A stretch of DNA of 63,542 bases, filler included, from Octopus bimaculoides (taxonomy: Eukaryota), in assembly GCF_001194135.2 (NCBI RefSeq). It is 7 parts of 6 records of this genome, joined end to end, with 100 filler letters (N's around TTAATTAATTAA, not from the genome) between each part and the next. Parts side by side here need not be neighbours in the genome. Positions count along the whole stretch, not along the records: positions 48,471 to 60,567 come from NC_068996.1; positions 60,668 to 63,542 come from NC_068985.1; 5 more parts are not named here. One strand, given 5' to 3'. Both the position numbers and the translations under genes were made by a program. Within the stretch, counting starts at the first letter, position 1. Each line of letters begins with the position of its first letter. This document shows positions 49,700 through 63,542 of the stretch, piece after piece. The notes beneath the pieces are model-generated. The model worked only from the letters and a program-made list of their open reading frames with translations. It did not search any database and was not told the origin of the DNA.

Positions 49700-51240
49700 A
49701 CTACTACTAAAAGCAGTCAAATATTATTCAGAAGACACTTTCTTAAATGAAGGAACGAAAAACTGAGAAAGACAGTCCTAGATTTATACACTGGCTGTTG
49801 TAGACCTAGAAGTATATTGCGCATGAAAAATCCCCAGATGAGATGGCCACTTCAGAAGCGCACTTTTGAACAAAATATATTGTAAAAAAAATCAAATTGG
49901 TGTTAGACAATGCGATGTTCTGAACTCTCAAAAATAGTAACCAAGTCTCCCTTTACTCATTCTCTACCATCTGAATTTACAATTAGATACATTGGTAATC
50001 TTGATACTGCATTAGTGAAAGAAGCAGGATGGAGACATCGTTGGAATATCTTTAATCATATATTAGATTGATCAACCATAGCATGGGTTTAAGCAAGTAG
50101 AACATTTTCTAAAGGATTAGGCATAAAACTCAATTTTCTCAGCTTTTACATAAACCTGCAATATCTATAAAAATGTAGACATTTGTAGGGAAGATGTGTA
50201 ATAGATTAGATCCAGATTACGTATATGTTTGGTATATATTCTAGGAACCCTGAATAACTGAAAGTAAAGCCAACTCAAATGAGATTTTCAACAAAGAGAC
50301 TAAATAGTTGTAATTAAATGTTACATTGTTTTACTTTTTAATGCTCTACAAATCCTACGTAATATTTAAAGTCGATATACCTTCGGGAGAAACTAACATT
50401 GAAACAAAATTTGTAAGAGAAATCAGGAAAGTAAATAAATAAATATACATTTTTTAGACTGAGGTTTTTAGAAAAAAGTCTGTGCAAAACAAGGCGATTG
50501 TTGAGAGAAGGGAAAAACTTCGAAAACACGTAGTTGGTCTAAGGAATAAGAAAATACAAAGAAAAATGACTGTTCCAATACAATAAAATTTAATAGTTAT
50601 AAGTTTTAGAAAAGTTATAGAAGCATTATTATGGTGTAGATAAACTAATCCAGTTGAGATTAACAATAATGTACATTGTCTCAACATTACATTGCTCTGT
50701 CCTTTAATAAATTTATCTACAATCCCTACAAAATAAACAAAAATCAGAACAAAACACGTATAATCCAAGTTTTAAACAGCTTACACATACATTCAGTGAA
50801 AAAAAAAATTGAAAACAAAAATTCTGCTAATGACTCAATTTCGATCGCTTCTATGACAAAGAATTGCAACTATAATTACGATTTCTTTAATTATAAACGA
50901 GGTTAAGCATTTTAATGTGCGAGAGACGAATGATATTGTGTGACATTCATACATGTTTTTAATTCTTTCGAAAATTGTTTTCGAAGTAAATGCAATAAAT
51001 TTGTTATATCCAGGTATCGAAAAAAGATTCACAGGTATAGGTAACATTTCTTTTGTCCATTGTGTGGAGAAAATATTTTCACAGGTAATTCACTCTACCA
51101 CATATTTATAGAAGAATGTATACATGTAGGAATCGATGGAAAGATTGCCAGGAGAGTTTTTACACGTTCGCTCGACCTTCAAGAAATATCAGTCAAATAT
51201 CGCTCAAATGACATCCGACTTAAAAAGCAAATAATTCAAT
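49700..51240 (+). mobile_element. Very decayed PLE RT-EN remnant
   Basis: Scattered motifs only (AWFKQVEH-like, CPLCGENIF..YVGIDG-like), with many stops. Confidence 0.3.
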
Positions 51241-51492
51241 AATTTAAACCTCAGTAGCCAAAGGAAGAGCGAGATTATGTATTTATGTATATACGTACGT
51301 ATGTACTTATGCATGTATGTATGTATGCATGTATGTATGTATGTATGTATGTATGTATGTATGTATGTATGTGTGTATGTATGTATCCCGAGCGTCCAGT
51401 AACACAATCTGTATCACGTCCTCACTTTGTTGTTTTTTTTGTCTTTTTCCTATTTTGAACCTATGTATCTCTCTCTCTCTCTCACACACACA

Positions 51493-51534
<42 letters not shown>

Positions 51535-52301
51535 ATNNNNNNNNNNNNNNNNNNNNNNNNNNNNNNNNNNNNNNNNNNNNNNNNNNNNNNNNNNNNNNNN
51601 NNNNNNNNNNNNNNNNNNNNNNNNNNNNNNNNNNNNNNNNNNNNNNNNNNNNNNNNNNNNNNNNNNNNNNNNNNNNNNNNNNNNNNNNNNNNNNNNNNNN
51701 NNNNNNNNNNNNNNNNNNTATATATATATATACATATACATATACATATATATACACACACACACACATTCATACATGCATACATACATACATACATACA
51801 TACATACATACATACATACATACATACATAAATCTGTATGTGTGTTTGTGTGTGTGTGTGTGTGTGCGTGTGTGTGTGTGTTTGTGTGTGTGGTAATAAT
51901 AACAAAAGATAATTCATAAAAATGTTACGTGCATATTATTTGCACGAAGTTCAGCGAAGTTTACAATGATGAATGTGCATGAGTTGTTTAAACGAAATGA
52001 GAAGTGAAAATTAAAGGTATATTTGATATACTTATATAATCAGTTAAAGCTATGCTTTAATCAGGTCTGTCCAGGATTGCCACTCCTAGGTATTTTCCAT
52101 TAATAACGACTAAAGAGTTAGAAACATTGATGTCTGACAATCCTGATATGGGGTGATACTGGACAGATATGGTATTTCTAAACCTTTTTACCATAAAAGC
52201 GGGTTTTCTCCACGATAACTGCAGTGAATTTGTCTTTTAGCAGTTGAAATATGTCACAAATATATTTTAACTAACTAAACTTTGCATGCATACATACATA
52301 T

Positions 52302-52344
<43 letters not shown>

Positions 52345-52548
52345 TGTGTGTATATGCATATATTAAATATATATCCACGAAAGGAGATGTAAACCGCAAT
52401 GAAAAACACTCGATACGGCCACATCGTGATAGAAACAGTAATAGTGATCAAGCTAACACGGTAAAAAACGTTGAAAAATGAAGTCAGAACTGCCATATAT
52501 ACAACTAAATATAATGAATGATCACGCACAGAAAAATCAAAATGCCCA

Positions 52549-52932
52549 TTGATGAAGCTTTGTATGAGTACAAATCTTCTATATAAAGGTATCGTATATA
52601 CAAGGGGAGGATCGTATGTTTACATTAGGGTAACGGCTGATTCATTCAAGAATCACTATCGCAACCGTATAGCCTACTTCAAGGAAATCAACAAAAGATA
52701 TTCAACATCTTTAGCTGAATTTCTGTGGCAACTTAAGGAAGATAAAATTAAGTATAACATAACTTGGTCCATAGTAAGGCACACAAAACCATATAATATC
52801 ATTTCTTGGAGATGCCGACTCTGCTCCGAGGAATTTCTGTCTATTCTGTGGACCAATGAGAAGATAACTAATAGAATTTCTGAAAGACTCTCAAGAGGAT
52901 TACATGCATATAAATGCACTTTTGCACAATAA
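52549..52932 (+). mobile_element. Penelope-like GIY-YIG endonuclease fragment
   Basis: C..TNLLYK..V....YI..T.DSFK..Y.N...F.....YSTSLAEFLWQLKE..I.YNITWSIV....PY......CRLCSEE, a pattern typical of C-terminal PLE ENs. Confidence 0.85.
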
Positions 52933-53472
52933 AGTGGGAATGAATCTGAGTAGCCGTTAACCTAATTAATAATCATAATTCACCTTAAGGTATGGACGAA
53001 TTAAATTTAGTCCTAATCTTCCCATTTTTATGATCACCAAGTAACTATTTAATTCGCTATATGAACGTATGTGCATCAAACCACATGTGTGCGTATGCCT
53101 ATATCTTCGTGGATATTTATATGTGCGAGTGTACATACGCCATCAACCTACGCGAGGGCGTTTATATATCCATATATGTTAACGGTTATATTTAATATTT
53201 TTTCGCTGTATTATGTATTCGTTTCTTTTTTGCATCTATTATTTTTTATTATTGATCTTCCATATAAATGAAGCTATATCCTTTAATTTGCTGCTCTATT
53301 TTACACAAACCGAGAAGATATCTTGAGGAACAGTCGTTATTTTATGTCCTACACATCCCTTGATATTTAAGAGACGACAACTATCACAATCAAATGCATA
53401 TATATTATGAATATTTTCAATGCACATGTGTTTACATGTTTCTAACAGAAACAGAAAAATCTGAATAAATTA

Positions 53473-55490
53473 CACTGGGGAACAAAAACATTTGTTGCAT
53501 TGATATTGATACTTGCTCTTATCTAATTTGGATGCAATGAATTCAAATCTAAAATCAGATTTTCACTATTAACTATAAAGTTTTGCAATTCAAACTTTTC
53601 ATTCTTTATGGAATTTCGACACCTTTTGCATCAATCCATGTTCTATCTAAGGAATTTATGTTCATACCATCTTTAATATGGGATTGAAACAATCATCTAG
53701 ACAAAAAAAAAAAATAAAATAAATATATATATCTCAGTAGCGTTTAAATTAATCATAGTACGTACTAAAGTTTGAAATGAAATAATGAAATTATAAAGCT
53801 GAAATTGTCCTTGTTCTGGTAAAAAAAAATTCGGTTGACGCTCTTGCGTTTATAGACTTTGTCAGGATAGTCTCGTTTGATACTCCACCTGAAGACCGCC
53901 AAATGTCTGTTCCAGCGCCCTTGATTACGCTTTCCATCGTCACGAGATATTAATTGAAGCACTTTCCCTGATCATCACTTAAAGCTCCAAGACACTCGAG
54001 GAAATGGTGAAGTGACTATTCAGCAAATGAATTTTGACATTCATGTTGCACCCAAGATCGCAAGAAACCAACAGCGTTTTGACAACCAAAATTCCTTAGT
54101 TATCTGCAATTTCCTTAACAAAAAAGTTTCTTATAACCACCACGAAGACAGCCACGCTGTCTTCTTGCCATTCATCTTTCTGACAAATTCCTCAAGTACA
54201 AGCGCATAAACTTGAGGCCCATCAAATACGTCCGCGCTGATTTTCTCGAAGGACAAAGCAGGAAACGCAAAAATTATGTGCTTTCAGTACATAATGTCTT
54301 GACAAACTACTTCAAGCCAAACTTAATAAGTAGTGGGATGATGGTGGAAAATGGTTTTCTTTTAGTTGACGATCGGGTCATTTACAATGTTTGGCATACT
54401 TTCAGAGTTCACTGATGGGCCGTTTTTCTTGGGTCCAATGTTTGTCCCGAATACAATTTCCAACATGCAGATATAACATAGAAGCATAAGGAAACCTTTC
54501 TGTTGCCCCAGGTGGAAGTTGACCATCTTTAGGTCCACACAAACGATCCATTTGTACTCGTGATATTTGAATAAGTCAATAACCATCCTTATGTCATCAT
54601 GGCTTTCTCGCAAATGCAACAGGTCAAAACTGGGACTATGCATAAACATTGTCCTAATACAAAAGAAAACATTTGAAGTTGGGCTTAGAACTATTCAAAA
54701 ATAGTCTTCATTCTGTAGGGTTATATTGGGTAACGCCTAACTGTGTGAGAAGGCCTGGAATATCGTGACACGAAATAAATTGCATGTGTCCAGAAAAATA
54801 GTTCGCAAAATCTGTTCCCGCCTTCTGAAATGAGATTTTTGCAGAGCTTTCAAGATGATTAATTTCATTTAGCCTAGAGGCTAATAGCTCCGTTAATTTC
54901 TTGGAGCGTACAAAATCATGTACTAAGTCAATCAGTACCGCCCGACTAAAACGATGAGAGGGATGATGACTATTTGGCATTAGATGAGAAACCTTCAGAA
55001 TCTGACACCATTTCTGCAAACTCCTGATGAGACTTACAACGTCCATCTTCAGAGAAGGCATAACCATTAAACACTGGAACTGAGATTTCCTCACAACGAG
55101 AAAAAAGTTGAATTGCAGAGGGAAATACTTGGAGATCTTATGCAAGTAAAAACTTCTTATCAAAACTTTTAGTGGTAACCAAGACAAACTAGCAGTCAGT
55201 TATGTATTCCTTTGACTGTCGCCAAACCATAGGAACTCAAAAAAGTAGGCCTTTTAGCTTTCCTTTTGTCCAACCACGAAGAGTTCCCTCGCAATTACGA
55301 CATACCATATGTGGAGACCACTTCTTGTCTTGGTCATCAAGGTGAACATCAAAATAGGAGTCATAGACACGTCTCACAAACTTTGTCAAACTTTGACAAA
55401 CAAATGCGTATCATCCACATTTGTAATAAAATGCATTGGGATCATTTCTACATTTACGTATCAGACCTGGAACAAAACGAAGAAGCTATA
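53473..55490 (-). mobile_element. Chapaev3-type (CMC superfamily) DNA transposon, pseudogenised
   Basis: N-terminal Cys/His domain (RKCRNDPN, DQDKKWSPHMVC..C, VPMVWR), then LIDLV.D...SK..TELLASRL, WIVCVDLKM..F.LGQQ.G, LSDDQG and QGRWN. One terminus reads CACTGGGGAACAAAA at 53473. Confidence 0.82.
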
Positions 55491-56689
55491 TATATATATA
55501 TATNNNNNNNNNNNNNNNNNNNNNNNNNNNNNNNNNNNNNNNNNNNNNNNNNNNNNNNNNNNNNNNNNNNNNNNNNNNNNNNNNNNNNNNNNNNNNNNNA
55601 TATATAAATTCCCTACAAATATATCAATTTCGGAAGAAACAAATTTTAAATTGCATAAAACTAGACAAAATCCTGTTTTAAATTTGAAGCCAACGTTGAA
55701 AAACTACTTAGAATCCGTTGAAAAATTCTATCCAACAGCAAATGAGAAAAAAATTCTTCTAAGTTTCATAATTGTAATAAAATTTATGTTATTAAACTGA
55801 GCCCTTTTTCAAAATGTTGCATGAAAAACTATTCTCTTTAGATTTACGAAATATTTACTCTATTTGTAACATTATATTTCTTTTCTGTTTCTAAATTTTT
55901 CAAATAACATTCCGAAACCAAATTGCTTTACAATAAAAATTTTAATTAGTATTTAATTTTTACAGCATTTTTGCTAGGCTTTGTAGATTCTAGTTTTCAT
56001 TTATGGTATACAACCATAACGTATGAAATAAGTAGCTTTCATCAGTTACCATCACTTCACCTACTTGATATATTTGTGTGTGTGTGTATGTGTGTGCATG
56101 TATGTGAGCGCGTATATATATGTGTGTATGCGTGCGTATATATGTGTGTGTGTTTGTGTGTATACATATATACATATATTTTTATATATACGTATATATA
56201 TACATATACACACACACATACATACATACATACAGACACACACATAGACACACACACGCACACACACACATATATACGTATATACATTATATACATATAT
56301 AATATATAATGTATAAATTACATATATACATATATACATTATGTATTATATAAGGAATAACCTCTTTTTTAGGCATGTGCTAGACAATTTTATCTTTTTA
56401 TCGAATTTTTTCTCACATTTTCGAATGTGTACCTGGCAATTTGCTTGGAACAGTAAAGTTACTAAATCCATCAACGTTTCTAGGCCTTAGCCACATCATC
56501 AGGATAAAGTAATTTTGGTGTGTATTAGAAGCCCTAGAATATCTCTGAGATAAAAAAATCATTACGCACGCAGACGATAAAATTTAAGACTTACTCCAAG
56601 GTGAATGTAATAAAAATAGATATTTACACAACAATAAACAAATACTCAACACGAAACTTAAACAAGTTCTGCATGATTTAAAAAAAAAT

Positions 56690-58150
56690 AATTACATCAA
56701 AATATGTAAAAGTGATAGAAATAATATATTTGTGGTCATGGATAAAGTGGAATATATTGCAAAAGTTAATTTATTCAATGACAAAACACATTTATAAGGT
56801 TTCAGAAAGATAATACTTCCTAATTAAATATTAAACTGAATAAACTAATTACAGCGATAAACGCACAAATTGGAGCCGCTTATTTCTCCCTGCATTGAAG
56901 AAGAATTCATCCCCATCATATATCTATGAAACAGAAAAAACAAAAAGCAAACAAATAAAACAATCTCTTCCGACCCATAATAACTCGAATAAATACTTCA
57001 ACGCGAGATTACTAAACAGCTAGATAACATTATTAAGCAATACTCACCGGAGAAGTACAGTATGCGGTCACCCAAAGAGTTCCTAGGGATATTAGAAGAA
57101 TTCCACGAAGTTAGCAACATCTCAGACGTACACGCAGAGCGCTTCCTTACGAACGTTTAAGCTGTAAAAATAATAAAAATCATATTCAGTAATGTAAACG
57201 GATATCCAAGAATAAAACTAACCACAATTCTGGCTAATAAAATATAAAGAAAATGGTTATAGTGTACAACAGAGATACTTATTATTCGTTCATAAGGCAA
57301 ATTGTGTAAACGAAAAGACAATGTGGCCAAGGTCTACAATTTCAGTATATTAGAAAATAATGTAACACGAAAACACAAAATTATGATATACACTAGATAC
57401 GTGGACGATACATTCATTGCAACGAACTTAACATGTTCACGGCTTCTTCATCTTCTAGAAGAGTAAGAATGAAATACCATTCTAAGATAAAAATATTCAG
57501 ATTAAAAGATAAATATAGATACATCACGTTTGGTTAGATCAAAGGCACAAATTAATGCGTATGCGTACTTGGAAATAGCAAATGACCATTCCCCATGAAA
57601 AATGTCCGTGTTTCCCCCACAAACGGAGCACTCAATAAAGAAATATACAGACTAAAGAAGGCACAACAAAAACTTATGTAATAACCATAGGATATTACAG
57701 GAAGAAGTACACTGCAAGAAAAACATCAGATATCATACATATGGAGTGTACAAACGGTAGGCATAAAATAAGAATATATTGATATAATGTCAAGTGACTA
57801 TTGCACAGACGAATATAAGAAAACACTCACAGACAGAACATAAAGTACATTAAAACAAGCGATAACTTAAAAGTAATAATTCAAAACTATTATCTACAAC
57901 AAACTGCAAACAAGTTAATTAAATGAATTAAAATTTGCCAATGTCGTACACAAAACAATTGCAAAATTGAAAGTTCTTCATGATTCCATTGCCTATACAT
58001 ATACGACGACCTCACTCCCCTTATCAGAGAGCAACTGCAATGCAGCCATACCATTTGCAGTGAACTACACCAAATAGGATTAATAAGATCGGAAAAAAAT
58101 TCAAGGACAATACATCCATATATTACAGAATTCATGAAATTTGTCTGTGA
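56690..58150 (+). mobile_element. Decayed Penelope-like RT(-EN)
   Basis: KICKSDRNNIFVVMDKVEY, RPII, KQLDNIIKQY and YTRYVDDTFI, with many stops. Confidence 0.7.
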
Positions 58151-58269
58151 GAATCTTTGGTTTTTGAGTTGCAAAATGTCTCACACACTTTGGGCTGTGA
58201 TTCCTTAATTTTAGATTATTTCATTCCAAAGCAGTGAGAGAATGTTCCAGAAGGCGAGTAATTGTATGT

Positions 58270-58517
58270 ACGCGAGCGAATGCTATTACATATCGCTGGT
58301 CACAATGAAATTTACATCGTTTTAGTCTTCGAATGGCGTCACCCCGCTGGCTAGGCGAGCAGGCCAACATTTCCTCCTGATCGAAAGCGGGGATGCAGCA
58401 ACGTGAAAGGAAGTTTTTTTTCCTCTCGAACACAATGCACTGCCCGGTCTGGGAATGGAACCCACGATCTAACGATCGTGAGTGCGACAGACTAACCACT
58501 AAGCCACGCGCCTTCAC
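58270..58517 (-). mobile_element. tRNA-derived SINE family B (related copies at 60230-60530 and 63215-63542, both -)
   Basis: Reverse complement of the gtgaaggcgcgtggcttagtggttag...gggttccattccc head. Confidence 0.85.
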
Positions 58518-59979
58518 AATTATATGTAATTTTGATTTAAATACACTAAGCGATTCGTAGCCAATTTGAATCCAAAGTGGAAAATTTTCTCCTCAAGTCT
58601 GAAAATTGGATATTCCCTGAAATTGGTACTGAAACATTTTAAATTATCTCCTACCATCTACCATCACTAATATTTTTTGTTTTTAGATTTAAATTGAAAT
58701 GTACATTTCAATTTATTAAATTCATCTTACGTCAATTAACATATTCCAACTGATTTTTTAAATTCATACTATCGATCTACTCGTTATTTTAGTTTGACTA
58801 TTTGTAATTACACTCGCTAAAATTTATTTGACTAATGTATATAGATCCACGCAAATCTGTGTAATCGTCTACTTGCTTGTAAAAAATACCTAATTTCTCC
58901 TGCTGTCTGAAAAATAAAAATTTCTGTGATATTATTTCTTCATTTAAATTATCTTCTGTTCTCTTTCACATTGGCTGAACATCAGGGGTAGATCTTTCTC
59001 CAACTGAACAAGGGCAAGTCACAAAGTTCAGCACTAACAAATTAATGTGCCTAAATACATGCTATCAGTATACTTAAGCCCACTCTTAATTATTACCTCA
59101 ATTATACTGACCATAAGTTTCCGTAACTAGTAACATCGTAATACTGGTACATTGCTTGAAAACTCATATAAAATTACATCCTCAGCACGAAAAATCAATT
59201 TTCTGTGAAATTAATTCCTAAACTTTGATATTATCTTTCATTTTCTATGAGAGTCGCAAACAACTGCCGCTAAGTTTTTGTTTTCTTTCTCCAATTGAAA
59301 GGCAGTTTCAAATTCATTGAAATTTGAATAAATATATCTTACATTAATTATGCAAATTCATTCCGTTAACCTATTTGCGGCTAACCTATCATAGGATACT
59401 TTTTGATATTATGAAAATTATTCTGGTTAAAAATATCGCTAACAGTTACTATTAAATATTTTGTTTGTTTTTCCAACTAATGTGCAAATTTCGTTTCTTT
59501 GAGAATGCCTTGCAAGCACCATTCTGCAGAACTCTACTGAAATATGTTATTTAAATTCATGTTTTTGGTTGATTGGGATTTTTTTCCATTTGCTTACATT
59601 CTCATAATCATGTTTTTTTATGCTGGCTAAAAATTTAAGCGACTCTTTTTTTAAATCTACATCGCCTCATCAAAGTAAGCCTGGACAAGCCATACTTTAT
59701 TGATAAGTTCCAGTTAGACCAGAAACCTGTCTGTATTTGTTAGCTTGACTGTATGTCTGTCTTCGAATACCCTTCTGATTTTATTACTACTTCTACAATT
59801 ATATAAAAATGACTTTGGCTCAAATTCAGAGATTTAAAATAGTATTTCTTCCCTGCACCATCATTAGAGTTAGGTAAGTTATTCTAAGAACAAAGATATG
59901 AAATGGCTAAAAATATCAGATATTTGCCAAGTGCTTTACTATTTATAGTGCTTTTTGTCAAGATGAAATTTACACTTTC

Positions 59980-60150
59980 AGCATAAAATTTCAGACTTTC
60001 TTTAGAGGACCAATGTCTCATCTTCCCAACACTATTTCTCATCTCTGGTTTCCAGTACACGGCCACCAAGCCATTCAGTACATATTGGAGATCATCTTCT
60101 GATGAGCCAAGTAGCACCATGTCATCTGCAAATATCAGCTGCACATAACA
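59980..60150 (-). mobile_element. Short RTE/L2-like LINE RT fragment
   Basis: LIFADDMVLLGSSEDDLQ..L, the RT (Y/F)ADD motif. Confidence 0.6.
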
Positions 60151-60683
60151 CATTTATGAAAAGGTGAGGTGTCAATACGCATCCTAACCAACTCAAACAT
60201 CCACAATGAGAGGCACGACTTATCAGAGCGCGCACGCGCACACATATCACTGCATCAGCCACAAAATCAAATGTTGTTATACACCGCTGGAGACATTGCA
60301 CTTTCGCATAGCAGCAATTTTCGAATGATGCCACTCCACGCGCTAGGCGGGCAGTCCAACATCTAAACGGAACGAGTTCGACACAGGGTTACCCATTTAT
60401 ATCTGAGAGGACTGGAGATAAAGTATTTTGTTCCAGAACACAAAGCCAGACTGAGAATCAAAACCGCGGTTTTGCGATCGTGTATACAACACCCTAACTA
60501 TTACTAAATCACACGTCTTTACGTATGTGTGTGTACACACACACACATACGCATATATATATATATANNNNNNNNNNNNNNNNNNNNNNNNNNNNNNNNN
60601 NNNNNNNNNNNTTAATTAATTAANNNNNNNNNNNNNNNNNNNNNNNNNNNNNNNNNNNNNNNNNNNNATATATATATATATAT

Positions 60684-60758
<75 letters not shown>

Positions 60759-61603
60759 TATATACGATGTGCGTAGCAAAAGTATTCTACTATATTTTTC
60801 CCCGTCAAAACCGATGCCACGTGGGTAAAAGCCTACACGTATATACTCAAATCTTGTGTGTATGCGTGTGTTTGTGTTTGTGTGTGTCTGTGTATGTGTG
60901 TAAAGTGCTTTGAAATTATGCATCCACTTACCTCAGCGAATATTACAACCAATGACATTTGGACTTCTATGGTGAAATATAAAGCGGCATTCATTCTATT
61001 ATCAAACTTATTAAATGTCCTGCAGTAAAAGATTTTGATGTATAATCTAGTGAAACATTCTTAGACTTAAATCTGCTCTGAAGTAATCTTGCTATACCTC
61101 TGTGGAACTGCTTTTCATAATAGCACAAACAGCTATTGTTTACCTTCTTTCAAATATTTGAAATTCTTCAACCATTTCCATTCATTGAAAATATATTTAC
61201 GATTGAATGTATGCATGAATGTGTATAAGTATAGATGATTACAGACAGAAAGACAAACACTAAACAGATATCTTTTTATTATAGCCACACAGGGCTAAAT
61301 ACAGAAAATGGATACATTACAATGTAGAGCTTTCGTTTGGGGGGGGCAAGGGGGGATAAAAAAGGGGGGTTCGATCAAAAGGGATCGCGAGANNNNNNNN
61401 NNCGGTCACCTCAGGCTTCTTTTTTTAAAGGTACATGAAAGTAAGTACCTTCTCTCTTTTTGTCTCTTTTTGTTACAAGTCTATGCTTAAAATGGTGTCG
61501 TCTTTCATTCTTACCATTCTTTCCACATTTACCCATTTTTTATTGAAACTTTCATTCGACAGAGAGATAGGTGGATAAATAGATAGATTGATAGATTGAT
61601 AGC

Positions 61604-61674
<71 letters not shown>

Positions 61675-62400
61675 GTTGAAACATGTAAATATACGTATAT
61701 AATTTTATGTACATGTATATATAATTCAAATGTATATATTTATTTGAATAAATTTAACGTATGCATGTGTGCTTATATATGTATGTGTCGACATACATAT
61801 ATAAGGTATTTCAATAGAACATATTTACTCCCGGGAATTACCGGGTACACCAGCTTGTGTATATATATACTTTTACTTCAACCTTACTTGTTTCAGTCAA
61901 TTGACTGCAGCCATGCTGTGGCAGCTCCTTGAAGGGTTTTAGATGCACAAATCGACCCCAAGATTTAATTTTTTAAGCTAGTACTTATTCTATCTGTTTC
62001 TTTAGTTGATCTGCAAAGTTATAGGGATGTAAACATACCAACACCGGTTGTCAAAGAGTAATGGTTAAAAGACACAGAGACACGCACATACACACACGTT
62101 CCTTTTTCGAGATCAGTGACTTTTCGTCACTGGAAAAAAGTATATGTATTCGCATTGAAAATCACTTCTTATCCCTAGCCTGTGGTTATCACACGCTGGT
62201 GATGGATTATTACCCAGAAACTTGGGTTCGTGTGTATCACGTCAGGCTGGAGATGGGAACGATGATTTCCCTTTGCAAATACTGATAGGGCACAAAGAGT
62301 ATGTCAATAACCAGCTGGAGGAGATGTCTTCCTGGGGCTATAAACTACAGTAGTATCGTCCTTTATGAGTCAGCCACATTTAGGTGACAAATATACTTCA

Positions 62401-62437
<37 letters not shown>

Positions 62438-62645
62438 CGACAGGCTTCTTTCAATTTCTAACCACCAAATCTACTCACAAGCTATAGTAGAAGGTGCTAC
62501 ACAATGGGACTGAACCCGTAACCTTGTGGTTGGACAGCGAGCTTCTTAGCACACAGCTAGGCCTGTGTACTTGTCTACAACTCTCATCTGATGTGAAGGC
62601 AAGGAAACCCACTCCAAGGGGGTCATTATTGTAGCTGCAAAGAAT

Positions 62646-62718
<73 letters not shown>

Positions 62719-62829
62719 GAGATAGATAAACTGAGAGTGAGAGAGAGAGTGTGTGTGTCTGAGACAAAGACGGACAGAAAGAGGAAGAGTGAGAGATACA
62801 GAAAAAAGATAGACAGGTGACAGGAGAGG

Positions 62830-63110
62830 TTGTAGTATTTTTATGAGTGACTTTGTGCCAATCAGTCAAACGTCCCATATTTTAGATGCAGTCTTGGATA
62901 TTTGAGTGTGCAACATTACCCCAGATGTGAGAGCAACACTCCATTGTGGATCTCACCGCAGCTTTGTACGTTATCAATAATTGTTAAGCGTTGATGTGGC
63001 CTGAAATATCTTCAGACCCTGAAGAGAAAAGCCTGTTGCTGGGATGCAGTCCTAGCTATGTCAGAGATGTGCTTTAGCCAGGAGAGATCCTACAATACAT
63101 GTTAGAACTA
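62830..63110 (-). mobile_element. CR1/L2-like LINE RT C-terminal fragment
   Basis: DLSWLKHISDIARTASQ...TYKAAVRSTMECCSHIW. Confidence 0.7.
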
Positions 63111-63542
63111 TGGTGCATAGTCACTCCCCCTTCGCTTTCTTCTTCATTCTTGCCACTACTTAAGACCTATAGGTAGGTAGCAGAGTGCGGCTTACAGCTG
63201 CCATGTATAACATTGTTGTTGGCCCTCCGTCGCTAACGACGTTGAGTGTTCCAGTTGATCCGATCAACGGAACAGCCTGCTCGTGAAATTATAACGTGCA
63301 AGTGGCTGAGCACTCCACAGACACGTGTACCCTTAACGTAGTTCTCGGGGATATTCAGCGTGACATAGTGTGACAAGGCTGACCCTTTGAATTACAGGCA
63401 CAACAGAAACAGGAAGTAAGAGTGAGAGAAAGCTGTGGTGAAAGATTACAGCAGGGTTCGCCACCATCCCCTGCCGGAGCCTCGTGGAGAATTAGGTGTC
63501 TTCGCTCAATAAACACTCACAAAGCCTGGTCTGGGAATCGAA

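Overview
AT-rich, repeat-dominated animal genomic DNA. The SINE, MITE and mariner families resemble those I recall from octopus, so a coleoid cephalopod (probably Octopus) is inferred, not verified. The window is a patchwork of seven assembly segments joined by six identical 100-bp linkers (44 N + TTAATTAATTAA + 44 N), plus many internal N gaps. The only host gene I can support is the 3' third of PITRM1 (mitochondrial presequence protease, M16C), on the minus strand of segment 18190-35391. Eight complete exons have GT-AG sites and compatible phases. A ninth exon shows only its acceptor and 3 nt before vanishing into a gap, and the last exon and the 5' two-thirds were not found. The rest is decayed mobile DNA: Penelope-like elements (PLEs), CR1, R4/Dong, RTE-like, Tc1/mariner, Chapaev3, piggyBac-type MITEs, an LTR/PBS remnant, several tRNA-derived SINE families and microsatellites. 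I found no new multi-gene system. The best leads are hammerhead-ribozyme-like motifs (one family with a shared non-canonical core), a perfect 174-bp palindrome, a reiterated LTR-end/tRNA-Trp PBS unit, and a mariner with its 3' half inverted. All of this was read by eye without alignments. Repeat boundaries are approximate to tens of bp, while exon boundaries were counted base by base.
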